From Tubiluchus corallicola (Eukaryota > Animalia > Priapulida): a stretch of DNA of 64,000 nucleotides. Positions 27,757 through 41,939 of this stretch are shown piece by piece. The notes under the pieces were generated by a model. The model did not search any database and had not been told where the DNA came from. It worked only from the letters and a program-made list of their open reading frames with translations. Location: positions 101,236 to 165,235 of the forward strand of contig JAQGDQ010000493.1 in NCBI GenBank assembly GCA_030141605.1, given 5' to 3'. The position numbers were made by a program, and so were the translations under genes. How positions within the stretch are numbered: the first letter of the stretch is position 1; each line of letters starts with the position of its first letter.

Positions 27757-29539
27757 GTATTTATCCCATTTATACCTTCGTCAAATGAGACCCTGATCAA
27801 AGGCACTGCAAGTCTGTCAAAGCAACATACGCCTCTTACTACACACAGAGGGACACTGAGTCATCAAGACGAACCTGACCAATGTGTTATTCCTACACAA
27901 CTTCGACTTCGTTTCATAATGTGCAAGGATAACATGTAAGGATACGGCAGTGGCTTGCAGATTTAGGTCTAATCAATAAACATTTAGCAATAAGTAATAA
28001 ACCTAGAAACTAGTGGGCTTATAAACAATCAAACAAACAAACGCCCAGACTCGCAACTTTGTAAACCCTAAGCAAACGACGAATTTGCATCTAATTTATG
28101 GTACCATGATGCGTTTTGTTTGGTACATAAATCCTGTGACGTCACGCCCAGATTCTGATTCCTGCGAGAATTTACAGGCATTCCTCGTCAAAGTGGTGAC
28201 CAAAAATTGGCACCATTAGTTTAGAGCTTGGATCACCCACTGCATGAAACGAAAGATGCACTTGTGCAAGGTATCACTAGATCGGTTACTGTACTAAATG
28301 CGCGACCTGTCTGTACATACAGGAAAACTTTATTGCCGGCGTCGGATTAATAACGTTATTATTATTTCTGAGCTATTCATACCAGGACTTGATGCCACTT
28401 TACATACAAACTGACAGGCCGACAGAGGGCATAGGTAAACAAGCAGATATAGATTAGAATCATTGGAAGCGATATGCATACAAGTCCAGGCTGTACATTA
28501 TTAGTATTTGTCAACCGTTCTGATATAGCATCAGAGGGACCTATGAACCTATCTAACACATAATAGCCGCTAGGGGGACTTCGATCGCTTGCGGTTCTTG
28601 CACATGCTTCGGAGTTGTCCGACACAAGCAATGCCCAGGTAACAATATTAATGTCTTCATGCCTACGTTGCCTCAAGTGCATATCTTCTGCGGATACAGT
28701 ATTCTTTCGCTAGTCGAAACTGGTTTTTATTCTTCAACTGCGCAGCAAGACTGTCTTCCTGAATTTAGAGATAAGACGTTTAAAAAGCTGCTGTCTGTCG
28801 ATTTTGTTTACCCGCACTGGCGTTACTGATCAAGTGTTCCCACTTTCGAAACGCATAGGGTACACGGATTTGGCTATTATGTGTATAATGATCCCTCGCG
28901 ATGGATTATAAGAGAAATCGTAAGCACGGATTCAAAATTGTGCCATAACAGTTCGCATTGTGCCGATAATAGCTACATTATACTTATATCAAACTTGACC
29001 AGAATGAATGCCGTTAAAGCAAAAGGTGCCGCCCAATTTTACGAGAAAAAATGTAAACTTGACATTTTATGAACGTTTGAATGTCGTTTACTTGGACATT
29101 ATAATTTTATGTCTTTTCGATACAAAACTGGCAACAATCTTAAAAGAAAAAAAGCAAGCAGGCACGATTTCTTCTGTTGCCTCAGCATTATGTCTTTGAA
29201 AGGTAAAACCAGAATATGTTCTAAATTCACCGTGTCGAGTGTCTGACATCGATTCAAAACACAATTCCCACTATTTCAGACCTTCATCACCATTTTAAGC
29301 CAGCCTTTACAAATCCAAACTAGACAATTAACGGCTCATAAAAATCGGAATGTGACTGCCTTTTACAGCCTCTACTACAGCCGATTCGTATATAAAATAT
29401 ACAGTAGTATACAGTCGTATTTTTTTTTATAGATTTTAACTTTGCTAAAGTCTGGACTGGTGGAATGTTGGCGCCAAGCTGTGCTGCAACATAGGCCAAA
29501 TCACCTAGCAGTATTTGACTTGCATACCAGATTGCACGG

Positions 29540-29625
29540 AACGTATAAAATGCAGGGCACATGATCGAACCCTGAGGGGTTCCGCACAGGTGCCAATGCT
29601 TCCAACAAGCAGGCAAAAGCAACTA
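29540..29625 (-). mobile_element. Tiny LINE RT remnant
   Basis: GTPQGSIMCP resembles the RT motif GVPQGSILGP. Confidence 0.4.
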
Positions 29626-30639
29626 TCCAAAGCATACACATTAAAGCGAACAATTTTAGAAGTTCATCTTCCAGAATAGCAAAATACGGCGTAAGTCAGC
29701 AGGACCAACTTTTCTGACTTAAATTGTAAGCATCATACTAAACAAATGTAATTAGTATATTTAAACTATTATATTTTATAATACATGAACATACAAAATT
29801 AGGAAAGCCCCATCAGATGTCTTTCTTAAACATTAACTTATAATGTATTAGAATTGTATATGTATTAAGAAAAGTAATGCACTGCCATTTTTTCTGTTCA
29901 CTTTCCATAGATTGTTTCAGACTTTTTTCACTGCAAAGCAGCAGTTTATCAACTAAGTGATCTTACCACGTATTTTCAAGAATGTTCAGCTACTAAACTA
30001 AAATAGTACATACACCACATGATTTGCACTTCTAAACTACTAAGATACAGAAAACTACAACCGATATATTATATTGTTGCAAAAATGTATTTAGGACAGC
30101 ATAGGGATTCATACATTCTGATTATGTCGGCATATTGAACAACCTAACTATAAAAAGCAATATTTTGCAATTAGATGTTGTAATTAAATCTAGTAAAAAT
30201 GATACATTGCCTCTATAAATGCCATGCTGTGTTTCAGAAATAACGTTCCCATTCAGTTATAATTTGAACGAACTTATACAAAACTGCAGAACAACAGGAC
30301 TGTAAGGTTCTATATAAATCAAATCTACGGCATAAATTTACAAAACTTAATTTTGTAAGAACTAAAAGTGTGTAAATAAAAGTTAAGTCACTTTCCTCAA
30401 GCCTTACAAGGTCAGCCATGAATTCAAATCCTACAGGGCACAGAAAATCTTTAACGTATTAGAGTTTCAGTGCAGGCCTACAAATTGACATGTTCGAATA
30501 CTACAACTACAACTCGAAAAATAACTAATTAATAATACGCCTACAGTAGTGAAAAAGCCAAAAAAACTTGTGATAATTCCTTTGCGGGGAACACGGACAT
30601 TGTACAACATGGGCAAATTATCATTCTTAACGAAATTTA

Positions 30640-31070
30640 TTATGATTTCCAGTTTTAGCCATATTTAGAAAATGTTAAAAACGAGAAAGATAGGATTGCT
30701 CCGACCAAACTCCGAACAAGTGTTCATAACCTTGCAATAAAGACTGGAAGATATGAAAGACCACTTACACCGAGAGGAAATCGTTTGTGTGACATATATA
30801 ACATACCGGAGGATGAATACCATTTTTTGTTTTACTGTGAAAAAAACAGTGGAATTTTTTGTAAATATTGTAAACCAATGGTTTCCTGAGTTTTAAGGGA
30901 TAATAATGCATTAAAATCTAATAGGCAATCATAGCATATAACAGTTTTATGTACTTTGGCAAAATTTATTCGCACATGTATGTGATATAATATGATATAA
31001 TTGTGTATTTGTGTTTGCAACTTTGATTATCCCTATTGGCCATTTATCATAATAAATATCTATACAATTC
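30640..31070 (+). mobile_element. 3' fragment of a similar RTEX-like non-LTR element
   Basis: Manual translation TKLRTSVHNLAIKTGRYERPLTPRGNRLC...EDEYHFLFYC; AATAAA at 31051. Confidence 0.7.
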
Positions 31071-32230
31071 TATCGGTAAGTTTAAAAAATCGCAACGGAA
31101 TGTGTTTCGCAACGGAACGTTAGTGGAGTCCCACTATTTACTTTAAACTTCTTCTTCCTCTTGCTTGCCAGTACAATGAACTGCGTGACACTAAAAATGG
31201 CGTCTGAACCGAAAAAGACAAAGGTGACAAAACTAAATTACGCCACAACAATGAAGGCAATGCGAAAACTATTGAAATTTGTGATAAAGTCGGCACTCGC
31301 GGGCCGCTCAAATAAGTTACGTCCTTGTAACGAATTTGTAAAGCTATTGGCACTAAAGAACATTTGATGATTCTCTAATAGATGCATTAATTGCATACCA
31401 GCTTTGAGCGGCGCTGGCAAAGACAGCAACCTTGTTGCAAGAGTAAGTTGTGACACTTGGAGGCCGTTAATATATTCAGAATTTCACACAGTCTGCTTAA
31501 TCATATGTGTTATGAAATATAAGATGTTGATCTTATTGTATGCAAGTAATGCTGATAGGAGCGCAAGGTGTTAAATTCCCCACGTTTCACAAATTCTTTC
31601 ATTGAATTAAGTTCCCATTCTTTTGCAGACGACTAAATAAAAACTTACTGATTTTGAGTGCACTCAGAGGCGCAATTATAATAGAAAGATCGTATCAGGA
31701 GATACTGAAAGAGAGGAGATTGGAGATTCTGAACTCTGCTGAGAAGAGAGAGGCGGTATGCGCAACTTCCTTAACCAGGACCAATGTTTCTACGCGTTTT
31801 GAAACTTAATTAACACAAGACTATAACAATTATTTACGATACTTTCTGAGAGACTACTATTATGTATAGTAACATGCGATTTGAACTTTAGATTTCACGA
31901 AATTAATGGTATAATTTCTGAACCTTTTCTCCAAGGTCTTTTGACGATCATGCTAAATTCAACTAGCCCTACGAGTGTATAGGGTTAGGATCTAAACTCT
32001 AAAGGCATCCAAGCCATATGTAGTAAATAACACACAAATTGTTATGGCCATGCAAAAATATTCGGGTCGGCATTTATACTTCCAGGAACCAACACTAGAA
32101 GACGCTGATTGAATGGCAATGGTCGACCACCCGATGTTTTTGAGTGCTTTTAACAAAACAATTCTGAAAGAACCTCGTGCCGACAAAGGTAGCCATGACA
32201 GTTAAGTATAGTTTAAAGCAGTATTGTTAT

Positions 32231-32547
32231 AATAATTGACTGCCTGTTTTCAGAAGAACAGTTTTAGAAGTATAAATTTCTCGTTATTAAATAGTAGTAA
32301 AATAACCATTAATTTCTTTATAGATAAGCTGAATTGTTTTATATATGTATTCAGCTAAGTCTTACAATGTATGTATTTATATTATAATATAATATGTATT
32401 TAAGCCTACAGAGGTCTTAAAAATTTTAGTGCTCTTTATTATTGTAAGAGATGTTTGTGGTGTGTATGTTCTTTCATAGGCGACTTCACATCTTCTCAGT
32501 AACAAATGCACTAACATTGGTAATGACCATCACGACTACATATCGTC
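32231..32547 (+). repeat. ~320-bp direct repeat, copy 1
   Basis: Colinear with 34413-34732 (gctgaattgttttata...tgtattcagctaagtctta...acaaatgcactaac...accatcacga). Confidence 0.85.
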
Positions 32548-32677
32548 ATCATCTTCATCATCATTACAACATCTCATGATCATCATCGTCATCTTTGTCG
32601 TCGTCGTCCTCCTCCTCCTCATCATCATCATCGTCGTCAGCACCACTATCACCGGCGTCATCATTGTCATCATCATT
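32545..32677. repeat. Compound (TCA/TCG/TCC)n trinucleotide tract
   Basis: Directly visible, in the FGF intron. Confidence 0.85.
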
Positions 32678-32780
32678 AACATAACTCACCAAAATTGCAA
32701 TCCTACTTCATTATTTACGAGGGGGATCACATACTTGTTACATGAAAATCATTAAGGCGACTTCTCTAGTGAGTACTTAC

Positions 32781-32949
32781 CATACTTGCTGTTTCCAGCA
32801 TGTCTGATGTTTATTTTTTTATGTTTCATCTCTAGGTAACCTTTCGCTCGTTCGTTATAGAGCTTGTAGATTCGTGTTAATCCTTCACTGTTTGTCTCAT
32901 TCTTCACTACCGCTTCAAAATTGCTGTACTGTAAGGGGTTGCACTCCGC
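32781..32949 (-). CDS. FGF8/17/18: FGF8/17/18-family, first core exon (169 nt)
   Basis: Acceptor ttttctcttgcag|, donor tatg|gtaagt. Reads AECNPLQYSNFEAVVKNETNSEGLTRIYKLYNERAKGYLEMKHKKINIRHAGNSKY, similar to FGF8 NFTQHV...IRTYQLY...KRINA. No in-frame ATG upstream, so signal-peptide exon(s) lie further 5'. Confidence 0.9.
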
Positions 32950-33640
32950 CTGCAAGAGAAAAGTTGAGTTAAAAGACGCTGTCGCATGCAGTACTTGAGT
33001 CTATTGTCAATAGGTGGCTGCACAGGTGCTGGCTGGACAGTGCAGCAACCAGAAACACGGTAAGATTATCTTTCCCACGTCTCTGGCGACAACGGTAGAG
33101 CAAAGAAAAAAATCTTCTCGTCCACGCATGCGCGCGTAATTAACCATTTAACTAATCGCTATGTGAAACTCTGACTCCTCCAGCATTATAGCACTTATGT
33201 ATTTATCAGTACAGTATCTTGAAACAAAAAAAATCGATAATTTGACACACTGATTTACAAATAAAATTATAGAATATATTTACACGAAAATTATGCACTG
33301 CACGCCCTTGTCGCCCTATCGTGAATACTGTTTAAAGCTGTTTTTAAAATAGCCAAAACTGAATTCCTTTTTTCATGCTTACATACTATATTTATTGTAA
33401 GATTGTAGGTACACAGGGACTATAAATAGCATCAAAATTGGGAATTTTTTGATAAATCACGTTGTGCCCTTTTACTTGTACCTAAAACGAAATTTGGCCT
33501 TTACATCATATAACCAAGTAAGACTGTAAATAATTCTTATCAGTGTATTTATAATAAGTACAGCACGTAAGTATGAAGGTAATTCAGTCTTGGATATTTT
33601 GAAAGGAAGGTTTTCAATCTGACTTTAAACAGACGAAATA

Positions 33641-33860
33641 TATTCAATTCAATTCAAATTTTTATTCCGGTAACTAAGACCATATAAAATACAAATACAA
33701 TACTAACATGAAATAAAATACAACGAAATAAAAAATACAAGACTAAAATGTAAATACAGGGTTAGTAAATTAAGAGCTAAATAAATTTTAGGAGCTAATT
33801 ATATAATATTTCATTCCATTTCACAAAAAAGCAAGAGACAAGTCTATGAGAGTTAACAAT
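33641..33860 (-). mobile_element. LINE 3' end with (TTGAA)n tail
   Basis: Minus strand reads ...aataaaaatttgaattgaattgaat, with a WNEIL-like remnant upstream. Confidence 0.5.
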
Positions 33861-34412
33861 AGAAGTTATAATGCCATTGCCATGATCTCTGTAATAACCT
33901 GCTGCAAATGAATGCATGTACATTCGTACATATACATATTTATATGTAACTGTACATACATACGTACATATATATATTTATATAGATACGTAGATAGTAT
34001 AATCATGCAAGATAACTTACATGTGTAACAACCTATGTAGCACTTATGCAGCCTAACTTACACGAAGTTAAGCAACACAATGCAAATATTTGTTGGCCAC
34101 ACACTTGATGACAGTCATTGTCTTTGACACAAACAAGCACTAACCACGTTAAATAGGACTAAAACTCGTACAGGCTAAACAGTTGGTATTAGCTTACAAC
34201 AAACACAGGACCATAATTAGTGTGATATATGTCAAACGCATTATGGCTTGTGCTTTTATGTAAGCATTCGCTTTAAAATAAATCTTGCTTTATTATACCT
34301 ACTTTTTTGCTTATTTACAGGATATTTTGCAACTGCAACACAGTAAACAAAAATCTATCTCGAAAACGCATTAAAAACATATTATTTTCTGCGTATATAT
34401 AGGAAACTCACT

Positions 34413-34732
34413 AATAACTGACTGTCTGTTTTAGAAGTTCAGTCTCAGAAGTACAAATTTCTCTTTATTAAAAAGTTTTCTAATTAGTTTTCATTAATTT
34501 CTTTATAGGTAGGCTGAATTGTTTTATACATGTATTCAGCTAAGTCTTAAAATCTCTGTGTTTATATTATTTAAGCCAATATACTACGTATTTAGGCCTA
34601 CAGTGGTCTTAAAAATGTTAGTACTCTTCAGTATTGTCACAGAACTTTTGTAGTGTGTATGTTCTTTCACTTTACAACTTCTCAGTCACAAATGCACTAA
34701 CTTTGGTGATAACCATCACGATTATATATCGT
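34413..34732 (+). repeat. ~320-bp direct repeat, copy 2
   Basis: Colinear with 32231-32547; both copies are followed by simple-sequence tracts. Confidence 0.85.
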
Positions 34733-34736
34733 TTTA

Positions 34737-34895
34737 TACATATATATATATATATATATATGTTTTATATATATATGTGTGTGCAATCAACATCATGATC
34801 ATCATCATACTTACTTACTTACCTACCTACCTGCCTGCCTACCTACCTACCTAGCTACCTACTCACCTACTTACTTATGTACTTACTTACTTACT
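34737..34895. repeat. (TA)n followed by (TACT/TACC)n microsatellites
   Basis: Directly visible. Confidence 0.9.
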
Positions 34896-35297
34896 AAAAT
34901 GTTACTTTCTTATTCACTATAGGTGTAAATCGGGGTTTTTTATGCTCAAGGAAGGTGTGTAGAAAAGTGTTGAAGTGCAACAGCTGGTGATTGTGCACAT
35001 TGCCACATTCTTCAAAGTTATGGCCCATAACACATAATGGCTGAAATAAGTCAACAAGTGTTTGTGTGAAATTATACGGCGCTGTGTGATAGGATCGTTT
35101 GGCTTGTTATATCAATCATTGCGAGGAATAAAAATTCTACAAAGTTACATAAAGGAACAGTGTTCATAATAATTGAATTCTCATTTCTGATAGCAAAATC
35201 TTAAAGATTCTATAAAAATAGGATACCCGGGCATAAAGAGAATACCCTAGACAAATGTAATCCTTGCTGTTCTACTAGAATTACCTTCACTTACAGT

Positions 35298-35407
35298 GCG
35301 CGTTCAGACTAGGGAGTTTTCTCTCGCAAGTTTTGCAGACAAGCGTTAATCATTTCGAGAACTCTCAGAGAGAACTTGCGAGAGAAAATTCTTTAGGCTG
35401 AACGCGC
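35298..35407. mobile_element. Miniature palindromic MITE (Harbinger-like termini)
   Basis: 35-bp arms gcgcgttcagactagggagttttctctcgcaagtt / aacttgcgagagaaaattctttaggctgaacgcgc with 4 mismatches. Confidence 0.7.
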
Positions 35408-36791
35408 CGTGAGAGTTCTCTGAAACTATATATGGTCCTAAAAACTTAATGAGCGTAAACAGAATACTAAATTTAACTCGAAAACTGGATCAATTTTTAA
35501 ACTTTCTAGCCTCTGTTGGGTCTTTGGTGAATTAAATTAATTCCATCAGGGGTGTACAGGCAAACACGTGTAAAACAATACATTTAAATGAAAACGCATT
35601 ATTTCGTATATATTATATATCTTAAGAAACACAAGTAATTTGCCTTTTTTTCAACCTCACAGCCTTTATTTTTACAACATTAAAGCCTGCATTTGTTCAA
35701 GTTCGATACTCGATAGGCCTACTAAATCCTTGCAACAGTCCTTGACCGGGAGTCGTTTTCGTTGTTCCTGTGTACCTGTTTTTACACATAAAATTACTGG
35801 CTACTGATCACTACAAAGCAGCTACACTTAATAATAACAATAGTTATTGACTGGTTACAGTCACCAAGCTAATAACAATGAACGTTCTAGTTCTAATTCG
35901 CTGCTAACCAGTCTATGATTGGAGACAGAAAAAACTGTCATCTCACTTGTTTGAGCAGAACGTCGTCAACATTACCTGCTTGCATGCAAGCCTAAAATTA
36001 TAGTGCGATATGGAGGACGAGGGACACTCAGCAAATCAATAAACTGGAAAAAACTTATTTTGGTAAGTGTGCTAAATGGCCATTAAGGCGCATGGCTGGT
36101 TGCTGAGTGATACGCGTTGACTAGTGTTTGTGAAGTCACAAATCATAGTGCCTTAAATCGCAAACGCTTTGACCAACAAACCCACGTCTGCATAGAATTA
36201 GAAATGGCATCCACGGCGAGAACAATGGCTGACAATCAGAGACAAAGACTGGAGGTTGGAATGGCCCAGTGAAAGTGGGACAAGATTGTTCCGATTGAAA
36301 AGGGGCTATATCTCGGCTACAGTGCTGTACAAAGCGGGCATTTTAGAGTATTAATTAGTACCATTTTGCAAATGAGAGAAAGAAAATTTGTAACCGGGCG
36401 TAACGGGGTAAATGACTCGGCGATACCGCTTGCTGTTAAGTCTTCAGTCACCCTGCCTACGCTACTGACATGATTGTATTACATCATACAACCGCATTCC
36501 TAAAGAGCGCCATAACAACTATTGCTACACACAGGTATACACATTGCTGATTTATGTTGCTGAAAATGTATGTGTACGCCATTAAGTGCACCAATATAAG
36601 TCAACAAAATTAGTAATAAATTTGATTTCTGTAACGGTGTGCGCAACACGTTCCAATGATTTCATGTTTCGAAATAAATTTGCTTTCAATGTTTATAAGT
36701 TTATTTCCAATTATAGGCATGCATGGGTTTACAAAAGAAAAAAGTGCAACTTAAAGTAGACCTACAGCAAAACGAATCATTAAAAAATTGT

Positions 36792-39341
36792 TAAGGATTT
36801 GTATTGCGTTGACAGACTATTATTGTATACATTAAACACGTCAATACACAACCAGACTGGGATTTTTTCTTAAAAGTTTAAATTTTACAAATAGCCTGAC
36901 GTTGTTGTCGACTTTTGCTAAATCCAACAAAAATTTACGTGGTATAGTTAACAATAATATCGTATAATACGCTGTAGCTACGTTTACAAATATTTACAAA
37001 CCCAGGTTTACGTTGACAAGTCTATGTTTAGCTGAGGCGCAAGTGAAATAAACGTTTTGTTAGTATCATATTTGCTGTATGATTAGTTATTAAACGCCAG
37101 ATTTGTTAGCATCCTGTGAAGTGAGTAACTGCTATATTACAGGGTGTTCAAAAGAAATAGTACAGTAAAAATGCGACAAAATGAACCTGAATTTCTGCAT
37201 TATGACATAAAACTAATATAATCTCTATGTCATTATTTCAACTTTCCTATCACACAACTTCGTATATCACCATACTTATTGGACTTTGTCAGATGTAATG
37301 TTGGTGCGCTTCTATGGCTTATAACATTTGATAAATAACGCACTGTTTCTTTTGGAACATTCTGTATACTAGCTGCTGTATAAAGGTATATAATAGCGTT
37401 TGTTCCAATCATACAAAACCATGCACGGTAACGTTCCTCCACCAAGAATATCTTCGCGGTTAGAAGAGAAACGCACCTCCTATTGTGTTGGAATAACAGA
37501 CTGTTCACTTAAGAAAATTTAAACAAACAATAAAGGCTATAGGCTCTCATAACTTGACACGCTGCCTAAATCTTAATTGTTATTTAATTTGCTGAGTTGT
37601 GCCGAGGTATGTGAGCTTTCTATACAATCTTTCTGCCTCCATAAACACAATGCTTTTTTAACAAAACCTTGCTCAGTGATTAATATGCTCTGCTGGTCAA
37701 CCATTATAGTTATCACACTATCAACGTTTATTGCGTATCCTCGCAGAGTGACCATCCTCTCTCTCCCCACGTGCACCGACTACTCCATTTCAATCCATCG
37801 TCGGATCCCTTAACAGACAATATGTTTTTGCCTTACTTTTCGACTCAGTTTGATGCAAATTGCTGCACCAAGAGAATGGTAGCAAGGTATCTAGGTCCCA
37901 ACGTTTTATTAATCCGATAACTCTGTGTCGCATACATTACCACACTATAAACACACCATAGCTTGCCCTCCGGCATGTTTTATATATAAATTATTGTCAA
38001 CGAATCGAATATGGGAAATCTTATAAATCACAAATTATTATGTCACATTGACATCAAAAGGGCTCTGCTAAATTGATGATCACAGAGCCATATCTAGAGA
38101 CACATAACTATTTCGCCTTTGCACTTAAAATGCAGAGTGACATTATTAGTTCATGAATTACATGTACTGTAGTTCTAAAGCTCTAAAAACTTATAAAAAA
38201 ACAGTAAAAGTACAACACGGATGCATCGCGACTTGAGTTGTGCTATTTGTACATAACATCTATAAAGTCTTTCCCGTTGCTAGATTCACACTATAATAAA
38301 AATAAGTTTTGACCACGGTGCGTCGTTTGGCGGAACAATTCATCTGACAGCCGCCATTGCAAAAACCCAGAAAAACCAATAGAGTAAAAAGGGTTAATTG
38401 ATGTAATAAGTTTTTATAATCTGAACTGACAAGTTGTTTACGTACGAGCAGAATAGGCCTACTATTAATAACTCTAGTTGTTCATATTACCACAACACAA
38501 ACACAAAAGGTGACGCAAGAATAAGCGTATTATAATCACAATAAGTAGGATATAATTTTTACATTGAACGGAAAGAAATAAAGAGGAAATTTCTGAAAGA
38601 GTTCGAAATTCAAAAGCAAGCTTTAATCTTAGATAAACAAGGAACAATAACTGAGCCGCTATTTGTTTAAATTTAACCACGAGGCATTGAATAAGTCGAT
38701 TATTAAGTTCAGAATGAACAGTTATAATTTATTCAGTGAAGACGAAGATGCACCCGACAAAGTTCAACAAGTATCATTTATAGTATCGCACCTATTACTA
38801 TATAGCACCTGATATAGTTCATTTAGTATCGTGATATACGAAGTTAAGTGGTAAAAGGGTAGAATATGACACAGAAATTATATTATTTTTGCGTCATTTT
38901 GATGTCATAATGCAGAAGCCATGTTCATTTACCAAATACTTTCAAAACAGTTTTTTTCGAACACCCTATACTATAGCAGTTACAGTTTGTTACTCATTTC
39001 ACAGGGTACAATCAAATCTGATACTCGTTGAATGACGTTTAATAACTAATCATGTAGCTAATACGATACTAACATAACAATTATTTCACTTGTGTCTCAG
39101 CAAAATATAAATTTGACAACATAAACCTGGATTTGTAAATATTTGTAAACGTAGGTGCAGGCGTATCATACGATATTATTGTTAACTATACCACGTCAAT
39201 TTTTGTTGAATTTAGCAAAAGTCGACAACAACGCCAGGCTATTTATAAAATTTAAACTTTTAAGAAAAAATCCCAGTCAAGTTGTGTATTGACGTGTTTA
39301 ATGTGTACAATAATATTCACTCAACGCAATACAAATCCTTA
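36792..39341. mobile_element. Element with ~430-bp terminal inverted repeats and a 1.7-kb interior
   Basis: 36792-37211 is the reverse complement of 38897-39341; outer 21 bp perfect (taaggatttgtattgcgttga), identity decaying inward. No recognisable transposase inside. Confidence 0.85.
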
Positions 39342-41390
39342 TAAACCTTTATATAAGTTTTAAGGATGCTCAAACTATCGAGACATTGGACCCTAACACG
39401 TGACGATACCTTAAATGAACAAACGAACGAGTGAAGATTCAGATGAAAGAATGTATATATGAATGAATGAATGAATGAATAACGTTACGTATATATGCTT
39501 ATTCTAAATTAAGCGTCGATTTTGTATAAATTGTACGCTGTTTTGTATATACAAGGAGTTGTTTCTTAACTTTACAGCATTAGCAGCATTAATATTTAAA
39601 CAATTTTAGCATGTACATATCTGCTCTCAGCTCACCTGTGCACGACCTGGTTTGATAGCAGGTTACTTCAGGTAAATTGAACTCAGCACTCGCGCTCTCT
39701 TTGAAGTAACTTCAGTGATATATAACACCAGGCGATGAAACAAGAGCGAGACGTAGCGGAGAGGTGACTTAATGCGAGAAAAGTTCCTCGTTAATTTGTT
39801 TGAGATTCGCAGGGGGAATTACCACCTTGTCACAGACGAGATATTGTAAATTAAATAAGGTAATGATAAAATATTATCCGCATTCATACTTGAGATGTCC
39901 AGGGTTGGGTGGCACAGTGTTTTAGTTTTCGGCTTGCATCCATGCCGTCTTGAATTCGAGACTAGCGTCTGTAGAGTCCTTACCTGTATTGTTGTAAACG
40001 CTAAATAACCGTTAGTGCTAATGTTGTTTATTAAATGAGCGACCGTAAACAAATCTTGTCCTTCATCTTCTGTCTTTTTTAAACCGCATGAAAAATATAA
40101 TCGAGCAGTGCATAGCTATAGCTAATGCATGTTTGTGTTACAGGCAATGATATAAAATTTAGATATTTTATAAAATTCATAGGTATTTCATATAATAATA
40201 ATATTTCGGGAAAAGTGTGAAATAAACGTTTTTGCTGCACGGCATTTTCACAGTTTTACTAGACATTTTGTGTAATACATAGAATTTACCTAGAATGCGA
40301 AAAGTAGCTTGGACAAAGTATAAAATGAACGTAATTCGTGTTAAATCCAGTTTTTACTACATTTTTTGTACAAGAGAATACATAAAACGGCTTAGTCAAT
40401 ATATCAATTTGAACATCATTATTTGAAGTAATGAACAACATCATTAATTTGAACATTTGAAATAATAACATAATTGTTCATCATCACTTGTCATCAAACT
40501 ACATGTATATTTTGCATGCTATTTTAGTTAAGGGTCTGGGTGGCCCGTACCCTTTGCGGCGTTTTTGACATGTATGGGGGGGGGGTCTCCTAGCCCACGC
40601 CTCATGTAAACCACTGATGCTATTACATAAACAATGTTTTAAAATTGTGAAGTGGGTGAAATAAAAAATAAAAAGGTTAAATTAAATTAAGCAAGTAGTT
40701 CAAACAAACAGGTGAGTTAATTGCTTTATCGATATCCTAAAAAAAACTTATGGAAAATGAAAATAAAATTATAACTGAGTGGTGACAAGTAAATAAAACA
40801 GTAGTCAATTTTACAATAATTATGGGATTGCGCAATCGATATTTGTGTACCACAAAGTGTCTCAAGTCAAGTAGTTCACTTTCCTTCTTGTACAGGCGAT
40901 ACATGCATGATTGCTTTTCTGTTGGAACAACCAAAGCACAACATGCTCCACAGGCAATAACGAGGAGGCTGCTTTTTCGCACTAGCGTTAAAGTCATTTA
41001 TATGATTAATTAATTGCTGGCATTTTTCGTCACTTAGAAAAAAGGTATTCATTGCTTTATTTGTCTTCCCTTTTCTAATTCAGCGTAAAATCATTATTTC
41101 ATTTTAAGCATGGAGTAGTCAGGTGTTTCTGCATCTATCCTACACATGAAACACAACTAGAATAAAAGCACTAATGCCCTTGAATATCACATGTTCTTTT
41201 TTCTCAGTTAATGGTTTCTATAACAAATCATGGGACGTGTTTACTGCTGTCTTGATATCTGTTCATTTGTAAAAAATTTTATAGGTCAATGCATCGTTGT
41301 ACTAAATCCATTCATATATTAGAATGAAAGCAACCACAACTATGTAACAATATACAGGGCGAATCCATTTAATCGGTGTGATCTATTTAA

Positions 41391-41939
41391 AGGAAAACCG
41401 GACGATTGTGTTGACATTAGATCAAAAGAAAGTGTGCTCTAAAATACTGAAAACTACAACAGCTTTTTTTCAAATCAAAGCTCAGATTAAATAATAATTA
41501 CCTCGGATAGTTAAATAATGCTAAATTTTCAAAGCTAAGCGCGGCTCAGTGAATCTACTAAGATTGGCAGCGGCGCCTTTTTGTTACATTTGCTTAGCCG
41601 ACAAATAGAAGGCGGTACCATGATAACCATGATCATGAACTGCAGTGTTAGTTTCTTACGTCATATGATGTAGAACTCATTTTCGTGACATCACGCGTTT
41701 AAACAGTAACGCTTACGCAAACGTGCTTGACGGACAAGGGAAGATGCCTGCCATTGAACAAACTGCCGTTTCTGTAGTTTCTGACGTAAGCAATAGCTGT
41801 GTTCGGTTACCGTTAATTAACTTTCTAAGCTAATTATTCAAATATAAGAGACAATTGCTAATTTTTATAGGGAAGAAAATGTATATTTTGGACAGTAAAT
41901 TAAAATGAGATTGAGTATAAACAATCGTCCGGTTTTCCT
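41391..41939. mobile_element. TTAA-flanked MITE (Kolobok-like termini)
   Basis: Perfect 19-bp TIR aggaaaaccggacgattgt / acaatcgtccggttttcct, with TTAA on both sides (41387-41390, 41940-41943). A similar solo end (ccagttttcctttaa) lies at about 11345-11359. Confidence 0.88.

Noticed and set aside
40737-40997. ORF starting with a signal-peptide-like MTLTLVRKSSLLVIACGACCALVV as FGF exon 1
   Set aside because: No convincing phase-0 donor after the hydrophobic stretch.
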